Source: a virus
Virus record (IMG/VR): IMGVR_UViG_3300024581_003238
Coordinates: 79,988-143,987 of that record
Reading direction: 5' to 3' (one strand)
DNA length: 64,000 nt
The notes beneath the pieces were generated by a model. It was not told the origin of the DNA. It was given only the letters and a program-made list of their open reading frames with translations, and did not search any database. How positions within the stretch are numbered: position 1 is the first letter of the stretch; each line of letters starts with the position of its first letter. The position numbers were made by a program, and so were the translations under genes. Below are positions 36,952 to 45,759 of this stretch, piece after piece.

Positions 36952-38450
36952 AAATAGGTGGTGGTCTAAATAATGAAAATTTGGTTTTTGGTTATGATTC
37001 CCAAGGTTTCTCCTTTGGTGGTGAACCAACAACTAATTTAGTACCCTCACCTCAACATAATAGTAATTTCACCATTCAAAATGGTTGGAGTACCTACAAC
37101 ACCAATCAATATAATAGTAACACTTATTTTTCAATAGGTACTATTGGTTCTGTGACAAATAATATTGTTACACTTAGTAGTGTGGATAGGACCATACGTA
37201 GTTTTGATGTTCTGAAACCACAAACAAGTGGTGGTGGGGTAACCGCAGGTACTAATTACGTTATTAAAAAAATAAACGATACTGATTCATTCAGTTTACA
37301 TGAATATAATTCATCTCAAAATGGTTCTCAAGGATATATAAATCCCGACACGGGATTCTTTAAAGTTCATGATGCATATGCAAATGACACGAGAATATCA
37401 ATAAATGCGACTAACTTCCCAACGATGTGGTGGGGAGGACCACACCTTCCAAATTCGGGATTAATTAAGGAGATAGTACCAAACGAAGGAAGAAGACATG
37501 GTACAAATGCAATGAGATTACATGCGTATAGACCCGATGGTGTAGTTGATGGTATGGCTTATGGTGTTAACACACCTGTAACTCAAGGTGATGTGGTCAC
37601 TGTAAGTGTATGGTTAAAATTAGCGGACGGAAGAGGTGAAGGTAAATCTTTGGGGTATTCGACGTATTTTGGTTCAGGGTTTTCAGGTAGTTCAACTTCA
37701 TTTGGGCCACTTACAACACAATGGAAGAAATATGAATATAGTTGGACGGCATCAAATACCTATTCCTTTATATCATATTGGTGGCCAAACTCACCAACTC
37801 AACCATACGCAATTGATATGTGTGACTTCCAAGTGGAGGTTAATAAAGATGAGGCAACTAAATTTGTTATAGGGACAAGATCAAATACTGAATCACTAAT
37901 TGACCTTAAGGGTAACCAAACATTAGACACAACAAATATTTCTTGGACATCTGAGGGTTATCCTGAATTTAATGGTAGTTCTAATTATATTGATATAGAA
38001 AGTGTTACCTTAGGTAATGGTAGTTGGACTATAGAAGTTATTGTGAACGCACATGGTTCCAGTTATTCAATATTATCTAATAATTCGGGAGGTCCTGTTA
38101 CAAATGCATTTGGGGTATATGGTAATAAGATGCACTATAGGAATTATGATGGATCTTGGAAAAATCACGACAGTAATACCACCGTAAACTATAATGAATA
38201 CTATCACTTAGTATGGGTAAATAGAGGGTACAACTCCTCAATGGACCTTTACATAAACGGTGTCAAAGACAGTACCTCAGGATTTAATAGTTATACAACA
38301 AATGGTGGTCCTGTAAATAGTGTAGGTAAAAGTTGGAATGCTTACTTTGATGGTGTTATTCCCGTATTTAGAAGATATGATGATGAATTAACAGATGATG
38401 AGGTATATCAAAATTATATGTCATTTAAAACACCATTTGGTTTAAGTTAG
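36948..38450 (+). CDS. LamG-like protein with a ~290-aa insert including a CBM-like domain
   Basis: NLVFGYDS; insert with VTVSVWLK and LTTQWKKYEYSW; core EFNGSSNYI and YINGV; ends EVYQNYMSFKTPFGL. Confidence 0.72.
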   Translation: MKIGGGLNNENLVFGYDSQGFSFGGEPTTNLVPSPQHNSNFTIQNGWSTYNTNQYNSNTYFSIGTIGSVTNNIVTLSSVDRTIRSFDVLKPQTSGGGVTAGTNYVIKKINDTDSFSLHEYNSSQNGSQGYINPDTGFFKVHDAYANDTRISINATNFPTMWWGGPHLPNSGLIKEIVPNEGRRHGTNAMRLHAYRPDGVVDGMAYGVNTPVTQGDVVTVSVWLKLADGRGEGKSLGYSTYFGSGFSGSSTSFGPLTTQWKKYEYSWTASNTYSFISYWWPNSPTQPYAIDMCDFQVEVNKDEATKFVIGTRSNTESLIDLKGNQTLDTTNISWTSEGYPEFNGSSNYIDIESVTLGNGSWTIEVIVNAHGSSYSILSNNSGGPVTNAFGVYGNKMHYRNYDGSWKNHDSNTTVNYNEYYHLVWVNRGYNSSMDLYINGVKDSTSGFNSYTTNGGPVNSVGKSWNAYFDGVIPVFRRYDDELTDDEVYQNYMSFKTPFGLS

Positions 38451-38452
38451 AC

Positions 38453-38481
38453 TTGTTTTTTTAGTATATTTTCTTTATATT
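38453..38481 (+). promoter_or_regulatory. Promoter candidate TTGTTT-N17-TATATT at the head of the glycan cluster
   Basis: Intergenic, 7 nt before the ATG at 38489. Confidence 0.5.
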
Positions 38482-38488
38482 ATTACCT

Positions 38489-39223
38489 ATGGAGAACATA
38501 GGTTTCGGAATTATGTGCTTCGGTGATGATAAATACTTCAAAGGAGCTACGAATATATTAACTAATCTTATTGATCAGGGTCATCGTTGTTATGTATTAA
38601 CAGATAACGAAGAATATTTCTTCAAAAGATATTGGGGTAGGGTGGAAATTATACCTTATAAAAGAATTTATAAATCTTTTTATGATAAAATATCTTTAGT
38701 AAAGACCATTCATCAAAAACACGATATCTGTATATTATTAGATGCGGATCTCTATATTAAAGATTACGACCTATTTAACAAACTTATAAATTTTGATTTT
38801 AAAAAGGGGGTTTCTTACATAGACACCCTTTGGAACCATTCGGCAAAATTCAAAACAGTCGGGGATATACCAATGGAAGGAGATGAGTGGTCAGAATTTA
38901 AAAAATACTCCCAATCAATCTATAAAGACTTTAATAATTTAGAAACGTTATGGGAATATTTCATTGTTTTCAATAAAGATGGTTTCGATACTCATAGATT
39001 TTTTAAAACTTATGAAAAATTACAAATAGTTAAGGAATTCTGTGATCTAAAATATAATAAAAAGGTATCGGGTGCAGGTGAAGGTGTTGCCGTAACATTA
39101 TCATGTAAAATTAATGACATACCAATATCTAAAGACCTTAGATTAGAAACTTTAACTATTAATACACTTAAACCGATCACTAGACATACACCACCTAAAG
39201 AAGTACCTAACCATTTAAAATGA
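38489..39223 (+). CDS. Putative GT-A fold glycosyltransferase-like protein
   Basis: YVLTD, DKISLV and DxD in ILLDADL, a pattern seen in GT6/GT8-like enzymes. Confidence 0.5.
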   Translation: MENIGFGIMCFGDDKYFKGATNILTNLIDQGHRCYVLTDNEEYFFKRYWGRVEIIPYKRIYKSFYDKISLVKTIHQKHDICILLDADLYIKDYDLFNKLINFDFKKGVSYIDTLWNHSAKFKTVGDIPMEGDEWSEFKKYSQSIYKDFNNLETLWEYFIVFNKDGFDTHRFFKTYEKLQIVKEFCDLKYNKKVSGAGEGVAVTLSCKINDIPISKDLRLETLTINTLKPITRHTPPKEVPNHLK

Positions 39224-39945
39224 TAACCAATCAAGAATACATTGAGAATTTTATAACATCAGACAATGGTGAAAAATTACCATTTCTATGGACTCATGGT
39301 GCAACTAAACAACATTTGGGTGATGGGATTATAGTATATTCATTGATACAACACATGAGATATAAAAGTTGTGTATGTATTGGGACTGGTGGTGGATATA
39401 TACCAAGAATAATGACCCAAGCAAGAATAGATTTACACAAACAAGGTATTTTTAGTGGGGACCCAACCTATAGTTGGGGAGATATCGGGACTACTTATGT
39501 TGTTGACCCTTGTAATGGGGTTGGTGGGGATAGTAACATATCTGATATGGAAGGTTTTTACCAAAAAACTTTTTTCCCGAGATTCATAAAAGAAACATCT
39601 GAAAAGGCATACTATGATTTCTTTGTTAGAGAAGATATTATGATTGACCTACTTTTCATAGATGGTGACCATTCATACGAAGGTGTGAAGAAAGATTTCG
39701 ATCTGTACTCAAAAAGACTCAATCCAAATGGTTTGATAATGGTACATGATACTGACTCTTCATATTCCGAAACTTTAATTACTAGTGAAGATGCTAAGAA
39801 AGATTTCTTCCCCTTCAATGGTCCGTCTAAATTAATTAACGAAATAAAAAATGATTCTGATTGGGTCGTTATGGATTTATTTAATTTAGGTAATATTAAA
39901 GATAAACCCTCTTCGACGGGTATAACAATAATTAAGAGAAGATGA
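39220..39945 (+). CDS. Class I SAM-dependent methyltransferase (Methyltransf_24-like)
   Basis: CIGTGGG, VVDP and DLLFIDGDHSYEGVKKDFDLYSKRLNPNGLIMVHD. Confidence 0.85.
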   Translation: MITNQEYIENFITSDNGEKLPFLWTHGATKQHLGDGIIVYSLIQHMRYKSCVCIGTGGGYIPRIMTQARIDLHKQGIFSGDPTYSWGDIGTTYVVDPCNGVGGDSNISDMEGFYQKTFFPRFIKETSEKAYYDFFVREDIMIDLLFIDGDHSYEGVKKDFDLYSKRLNPNGLIMVHDTDSSYSETLITSEDAKKDFFPFNGPSKLINEIKNDSDWVVMDLFNLGNIKDKPSSTGITIIKRR

Positions 39946-40796
39946 TAAGATTATTATGTGTTTTGGGTCACGGACATGAGTTACTACCCCATTTTATTGA
40001 ACATTATAGTAAACATGTGGATGAAATACAATTCGTGATTTATGAATCTGCGGCGTCCCCAAGAATATTAAGTAGATCAAAACCAATAATACGAAAATAT
40101 GATAACTGTAAGATAGTAAAGGTGGTGAGAGATCGTGTTTTTGATTGGGAAAAAGTTACCATTCTATATAATATGATTAAATCAAAGAAAAAGAATGACT
40201 GGTGGGTTATTGCGGACATTGACGAATTCCACGTATATCCTTACAGTAACTTACGTGATATGGTTAAAGAATGTGATGAAAATTTATGGTCCGTGGTTAG
40301 AGGTGGTTTTATAGATAGAGTCGGACCTAAGGGTGTATTTCCTAAATTAGAAGATTCAACACCCATATTTGAACAATTCCCATATGCGGGGTTTTTTAGG
40401 TATCCTATGAGTAATGCCTGTCCTAATAAAATATGTCTGGTGAAAGGTAATATTGAAATAACCAATGGTCAACATTACGCAAATATTGATGGTCACACCA
40501 CTTGGAGATGGCAAGGATGGTCACATCCGATGATTGCCCCATATAAAGATTATTCCATACAAGTACATCATTTTAAATGGGACGAAACCTGTAAGAGTCG
40601 TATTAAAAAAGTGGTAGATGTTAATGAACCGTACGCGTATTCTAAAGAATATCTAAAATTATATGATGAGTTAAGAAAAACAGATTTTGTTGTTGACTTA
40701 AAAAATAAAGATTACATGTTCCTTAAAAGTGCGAAACCAATCTACAGTTCATATAAACATTGGGATAAATTAATAAGAAAAATAATAAGTATATAA
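39942..40796 (+). CDS. GT2-like glycosyltransferase (Glyco_tranf_2_4/GT92-like)
   Basis: LLPHFIEHY, WWVIADIDEF, NKICLVK and VHHFKW. Confidence 0.7.
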   Translation: MIRLLCVLGHGHELLPHFIEHYSKHVDEIQFVIYESAASPRILSRSKPIIRKYDNCKIVKVVRDRVFDWEKVTILYNMIKSKKKNDWWVIADIDEFHVYPYSNLRDMVKECDENLWSVVRGGFIDRVGPKGVFPKLEDSTPIFEQFPYAGFFRYPMSNACPNKICLVKGNIEITNGQHYANIDGHTTWRWQGWSHPMIAPYKDYSIQVHHFKWDETCKSRIKKVVDVNEPYAYSKEYLKLYDELRKTDFVVDLKNKDYMFLKSAKPIYSSYKHWDKLIRKIISI

Positions 40797-40798
40797 TC

Positions 40799-41020
40799 AT
40801 GGCAAAAAAACAAATAAAAACAAATACGTCTTTTGAAGAAGAAAAATTAATCTTAGAAGAAAGAAAAGTTAAATCGTTAGAAAAAATTGCAAATACTTTG
40901 GATGCACTAACAATATGGTTTGAAGAAATAGACAAATCAGGTTGGGATGAAAGAATCCAATATTATATGCACGAATGGCATAAACACACTATCCAAGATA
41001 ATGACGAAGAAGAAAAATAA
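40799..41020 (+). CDS. Hypothetical small protein
   Basis: 73-aa ORF overlapping the next start. Confidence 0.55.
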   Translation: MAKKQIKTNTSFEEEKLILEERKVKSLEKIANTLDALTIWFEEIDKSGWDERIQYYMHEWHKHTIQDNDEEEK

Positions 41021-42419
41021 ATTAGCGGTTATTGTACCCTATCGAAATAGGTACAAACAACTATTAAAGTTTAAAAAAGAGATTAGTAAATATCTAGATA
41101 AAAAAGATATTGAACATGTCTTAATAGTTGTAGAACAGGATGATGCTAAATTATTTAATAGAGGTAAGTTATTAAATATAGGATATGAACACGCAGTAAA
41201 GTTAAATTGTAACTATGTTGTTTTTCATGATATAGATATGATACCACTGAAAGTTGATTATTCATATTCAGACATACCAGTACACTTAGCTACTGATTTT
41301 CTAATTGACGATACCACCTTTAAAAGAGAAATGTTTGATCAATATTTTGGGGGAGTCACACTATTCCCAATAGAATCATTTCAATTAATCAACGGATATT
41401 CTAATGAGTATTGGGGTTGGGGTTTTGAAGACGATGATCTTTTTAAAAGATGTATCGACAAGGGGATTCCGTACGATTTAAAATATCTAAACACACAAGG
41501 GGGTCCTAATTCCGCGATTAAGTTCAATGGTGTGGATGCATATTCCGAAGGGTATATAGATATCGATACAAGTGAAGATGATTTAACTATTATGATTACA
41601 ATCGATCCTGATGGAATTATATGTGATACTGAACAATCATATGATAAGTACACCGCTCTTTCTATCCCTAAATTAGATTTAACCATTAGTTATGATTCTT
41701 TTAGAAGATATAAGGTTTTAATGAAAGACCGTAGTGATTGGTGTTATGTTGACAGTAAAATTGAAACTAATAGAAAAACAACTTTAGTTGTGGTACTCAA
41801 TATAAAAAGGAAGACTCTAACTATGTATCAGGATTCTAAAAAAGTTGGATCTATGAGTTTTTCAAAGAACATACCTAAATGTAGTAAAGTAGAGTTATAT
41901 GTTGGATCAACTAATAAAGAAAAAGATTTATTTAAAGGTATCATATCACAGGTTGCAATCTATAATAAAATATTAAAGTTGAAAGAAATAGAAGAAATAT
42001 CAACCAACGAAAAGTACTCACTAACAATGGATTTTGGTGAGTATGAGTCCTCACATAGTTTAAGACACTACTTTGATATGAAGTATATAAGTGAGTACAG
42101 AGTTATGGATTTGGTTGATAGAGAAAATTTCTTAAGATTAGAAAAATGTGAATTAGTACATTATCGATATGATAATGAACATAAAATAAAGGTACCATTT
42201 AGGAGAAGATGTTATTTTGAGATGTTACCCCATGAGACCACTGGATATAAAAATGGTGTGTGGTCAGATATTAACATACGTTACAACCAACTCAGGTTTC
42301 ATAATGAAATGGAAAAGGGATACAGAGATCCTAATAAAGACGGTCTTTCTAATCTTGAATATAAGATATGGGATTCAACCACTAAAAATAATCAAACACA
42401 TATAACTGTTAAAATATGA
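41001..42419 (+). CDS. GT7 (beta-1,4-galactosyltransferase-like) enzyme with an internal LamG-like insert
   Basis: KLAVIVPYRNR, FNRGKLLNIG, FHDID, YFGGV, NGYSNEYWGWGFEDDDL; ~240-aa insert; then FEMLPH...DGLSNLEY...HITVKI. Start corrected to ATG 41001. Confidence 0.85.
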   Translation: MTKKKNKLAVIVPYRNRYKQLLKFKKEISKYLDKKDIEHVLIVVEQDDAKLFNRGKLLNIGYEHAVKLNCNYVVFHDIDMIPLKVDYSYSDIPVHLATDFLIDDTTFKREMFDQYFGGVTLFPIESFQLINGYSNEYWGWGFEDDDLFKRCIDKGIPYDLKYLNTQGGPNSAIKFNGVDAYSEGYIDIDTSEDDLTIMITIDPDGIICDTEQSYDKYTALSIPKLDLTISYDSFRRYKVLMKDRSDWCYVDSKIETNRKTTLVVVLNIKRKTLTMYQDSKKVGSMSFSKNIPKCSKVELYVGSTNKEKDLFKGIISQVAIYNKILKLKEIEEISTNEKYSLTMDFGEYESSHSLRHYFDMKYISEYRVMDLVDRENFLRLEKCELVHYRYDNEHKIKVPFRRRCYFEMLPHETTGYKNGVWSDINIRYNQLRFHNEMEKGYRDPNKDGLSNLEYKIWDSTTKNNQTHITVKI

Positions 42420-43801
42420 GTCATAAATTAGGAATATGTATACCATATAGAAATAGGGAGGCACACTTAAACGAGTTATTACCTAAACTAGAAAAACATT
42501 TAAACAAACAAGGTATAGAATATGGGGTCTATGTTGGACACCAAGTAGACGATAAACTATTCAACAGAGGTGCAATGAAGAATATTGCCGCAGTTAAAGC
42601 AATGGAAGATGGTTGTGATTATGTTGCATTTCATGATGTAGATATGTTACCTCATGATGAGACATGTGACTATTCATATCCCTATGATACTCCGATACAT
42701 ATTGCGACAAAATTATCAAAATACTCATGGTCTATGGGTTATGAACAATATTTTGGAGGTGTCGTACTTTTCAATAAAGAACATTTAGTACAAACAAATG
42801 GGTATTCTAACAACTATTGGGATTGGGGGCAAGAGGATGATGATTTATTTTGGAGGTGTTTCTATGAAGGACATTCTGATAGAAAAATATATGAAACTAT
42901 TGAAGATAAAGAAGTACATCTATTTAATGGTAAAACATCATCATTAACTTTTAAATCACATAGAGGTTTAAGTACACCTTTGTTTAGGGATCATACCATC
43001 TCTATATTAGTTTCACCTGAACAACAACCTGAAGTTGTACCAATATGGTTAGTGGGTGATAAAGAAAGAAAATTTATAGAATATCCCATACTAAGAAAAG
43101 ATGGAAGTTGGACTTGGGGGATATCGTTTAACAATTCAAGAGCATTATCGATACTGAATTTCGATAAGACAAACAATCCGTTATATCACTGGTCAAAGGC
43201 GGTAGAGAATAAATGGACATGGTTCACCGTTTCATATAAACATGATGAACAAAAGTTGTACATATTTTCAAATAATAAATTAGTTTCTAATAATGGAGAT
43301 GTTCTTAAATCTAAACCTATTGATTTACCGGATAAAATAAAGTCTCACCCACTAATGGGTGATTTTCATATTGGTAGATGTAATCACCAAAATACCAATT
43401 TTAAGGGTAAGGTTGCAGAATTAAAAATATACGATAGATTCTTCGACACATTTGATGAGTGTAAATTAAATAATGAAAATATTATATACGATATGAACAA
43501 TGATCAAGGTAGTATAAAAAATGATGTAGAATTACAGAAAGAGACTATCGAAATTGACGAAAGTATTTTACCATATAGACGAGAAGGTAAATTTTATTGT
43601 TTACCACATTTAGATGAAGGTTTAGTGAATGGAAGGTGGGCTAAAGGTGAAACCACCGCAAGAAATGAGAAAAGATTTGTTACTGAAATGCAACAAGGTA
43701 AATTAGATTATAAAACTGATGGTATTAATAGTTTAAAATATGAACTAGTTGAAACCATCCAACATACAGAAAAATGTAAAATTTTTAATGTTAGGTTATG
43801 A
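42416..43801 (+). CDS. Second GT7 enzyme with an internal LamG-like insert
   Basis: KLGICIPYRNR, FNRGAMKNIA, FHDVD, YFGGV, NGYSNNYWDWGQEDDDL; ~230-aa insert; then YCLPH...DGINSLKY. Confidence 0.85.
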   Translation: MSHKLGICIPYRNREAHLNELLPKLEKHLNKQGIEYGVYVGHQVDDKLFNRGAMKNIAAVKAMEDGCDYVAFHDVDMLPHDETCDYSYPYDTPIHIATKLSKYSWSMGYEQYFGGVVLFNKEHLVQTNGYSNNYWDWGQEDDDLFWRCFYEGHSDRKIYETIEDKEVHLFNGKTSSLTFKSHRGLSTPLFRDHTISILVSPEQQPEVVPIWLVGDKERKFIEYPILRKDGSWTWGISFNNSRALSILNFDKTNNPLYHWSKAVENKWTWFTVSYKHDEQKLYIFSNNKLVSNNGDVLKSKPIDLPDKIKSHPLMGDFHIGRCNHQNTNFKGKVAELKIYDRFFDTFDECKLNNENIIYDMNNDQGSIKNDVELQKETIEIDESILPYRREGKFYCLPHLDEGLVNGRWAKGETTARNEKRFVTEMQQGKLDYKTDGINSLKYELVETIQHTEKCKIFNVRL

Positions 43802-45174
43802 GTGAGTTACTATCCAACATAAAGAAACAACTAGACCAAAAGGGTAGGGGTTTTTGTGCTGCAAAGTGGACACAAGTAACTATACATTTAGGTACGGGAT
43901 TAACACATTCATGTCACCACCCCAACCCACATAAAATTGGTTTAGCCGAATTAAGAAATAACCCATCTGCACTACACAACACACAACACAAAAAGAGGGC
44001 TCGTAAACAAATGTTGGAAGGTGAAAGACCTAGTGAGTGTGATTATTGTTGGAAGATCGAGGACAACTCAAACTCATTCTCAGACAGGGTATTTAAATCT
44101 TCAGAATCATGGTCAGCACCATACATAGAAGAAATTAAAGAATACGGATGGAGAGGTAACTATAATCCAAAATATGTTGAGGTTTCTTTCTCAAACGTAT
44201 GTAATTTTAAATGTGCCTATTGTGGACCACAATTCTCATCTAAATGGGTAAACGAGATAAATAAGAATGGTGCTTATAAATTATCGTATGATTATAATGA
44301 TACGGAACATCTAAAAAAGAAAAATGAAATGCCAATTCATCATAATGATTTTAATCCATATGTTGAGGCGTTTTGGAAATGGTTTCCTGATTTGTATCCT
44401 GACCTACACACATTTAGAGTGACGGGAGGTGAACCACTACTATCATCAGACACTTTTAAGTTATTGGAATATATACAAAATAACCACGAAGTAAATCCTA
44501 ACCTATCGTTAGCCATAAACACAAATTTAGGTGTGAGTGATGATATCATTGATAGGTTTGTTAACATCATAGAAGATTTAACAGAAAACAATAAGGTAAA
44601 GGAGTTTATTGTCTTTACATCAATCGAAGCGACCAAGTCACAGGCAGAATATTTGAGATATGGGTTAGACACTAGTAAATTTTGGACTAATGTTGAAAAA
44701 ATACTTAGTAAGTTACCAAAAGTGACTATTAATATAATGTCAACGTACAATGCGTTGTCTGTATTCACATACGATGATTTAATTGATAGAGTATTTGATC
44801 TGAAAAGAAAATACCAAAATAATGAAAGGTATTGGGTATCCGCAATACAGTTAGACACTTCATACATACGACACCCTAAACACCTGTCAGTTAAAATTTT
44901 AGAGGATGACCATAAAGAATTGATTTTACAATCAGCCAAAAAAATGTTATATTATGGTATGAAGGAATTCACTCATGATAACTATGGGTTTTCTACCGTA
45001 GAAATACAAAAATTAAAACGAACATATGATTACGCAATTAGTGCGGACGACTTTGACGTTGAAACCAACAGGAAGGACTTCGTTAAATTCGTTGATCAGT
45101 ACGATAAAAGACGAAAATTAAATTTTTTGGATACATTTCCACAACTAAAAGAGTTCTATGTTAAAAATCAATAA
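43798..45174 (+). CDS. Radical SAM enzyme with an N-terminal twitch/SPASM domain
   Basis: FCAAKW...SCHH...ECDYCW, then CNFKCAYC (CxxxCxxC) and TGGEP. Confidence 0.88.
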   Translation: MSELLSNIKKQLDQKGRGFCAAKWTQVTIHLGTGLTHSCHHPNPHKIGLAELRNNPSALHNTQHKKRARKQMLEGERPSECDYCWKIEDNSNSFSDRVFKSSESWSAPYIEEIKEYGWRGNYNPKYVEVSFSNVCNFKCAYCGPQFSSKWVNEINKNGAYKLSYDYNDTEHLKKKNEMPIHHNDFNPYVEAFWKWFPDLYPDLHTFRVTGGEPLLSSDTFKLLEYIQNNHEVNPNLSLAINTNLGVSDDIIDRFVNIIEDLTENNKVKEFIVFTSIEATKSQAEYLRYGLDTSKFWTNVEKILSKLPKVTINIMSTYNALSVFTYDDLIDRVFDLKRKYQNNERYWVSAIQLDTSYIRHPKHLSVKILEDDHKELILQSAKKMLYYGMKEFTHDNYGFSTVEIQKLKRTYDYAISADDFDVETNRKDFVKFVDQYDKRRKLNFLDTFPQLKEFYVKNQ

Positions 45175-45742
45175 AGGGGAACCTTGGATATTTTGGCCCA
45201 ATAGTATTTGTGAAACATTTCCTGAAGATGCGGGAAACAAAATACTATCCAATAAATTAAATTACACCTTAGAAGTTGATATCGTATTAACAGATGAGAG
45301 TGATTTGGAGAAAACTCTATTTGCGTTAGTACCAAGGTATATGGGTTTAAATATTAATCCTACCAATATCTCATTTACAATCACTTTTCAAGATGATGTG
45401 GAATATTATACCTTAGAACATATAGTGGTTCCTAATCAATTAACTAATATTAAATTAAATCACATTTATAAAGATAGGTTTGAATTGTTTTTAAATGGTG
45501 AAGTAATATTAAATGTTGATTTGAGTGAAAGGGAATTAGGGTTAGACAACTCACCTCATATAATTTTTGGTGCGGGTAACTTCCCTAAGAATAAAACGAA
45601 TACAAATTATACTGAATTTGAGTTTCATAAGTTTAAACTAATTTCAGATGGGGAATTAATCTCTGAACATACATTTGACGAATTTATACATAACAAATCA
45701 GTAGATGTTTCAGGTAATTGTAATTTCCTACATAAAATTTAA
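45158..45742 (+). CDS. Stand-alone ConA/LamG-like beta-sandwich protein
   Basis: FELFLNGEV, HIIFGAG and C-terminal VDVSGNCN, similar in character to the GT7 inserts. Confidence 0.45.
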   Translation: MLKINKGEPWIFWPNSICETFPEDAGNKILSNKLNYTLEVDIVLTDESDLEKTLFALVPRYMGLNINPTNISFTITFQDDVEYYTLEHIVVPNQLTNIKLNHIYKDRFELFLNGEVILNVDLSERELGLDNSPHIIFGAGNFPKNKTNTNYTEFEFHKFKLISDGELISEHTFDEFIHNKSVDVSGNCNFLHKI

Positions 45743-45759
45743 AATTATAATATAAAATA

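Noticed and set aside
22413-38450. Diversity-generating retroelement suggested by the Mtd_N-like start and lectin genes
   Set aside because: No reverse transcriptase or Avd gene in the window. I found no template/variable repeat pair with adenine-specific mismatches; repeat differences are mostly synonymous. A DGR elsewhere in the genome is not excluded.
41472-43560. Inteins or introns as the explanation for the GT7 inserts
   Set aside because: No Cys/Ser start or His-Asn end splice motifs and no homing-endonuclease motifs. The frame is continuous, and the inserts look like ConA/LamG beta-sandwiches.
40947-43801. Eukaryotic or giant-virus (NCLDV) origin suggested by animal-like GT7 genes
   Set aside because: The surrounding sigma70, NusG, Dam, bacterial ClpP, intrinsic terminators, overlapping stop/start operons and S74 tail fibre all indicate a bacteriophage.
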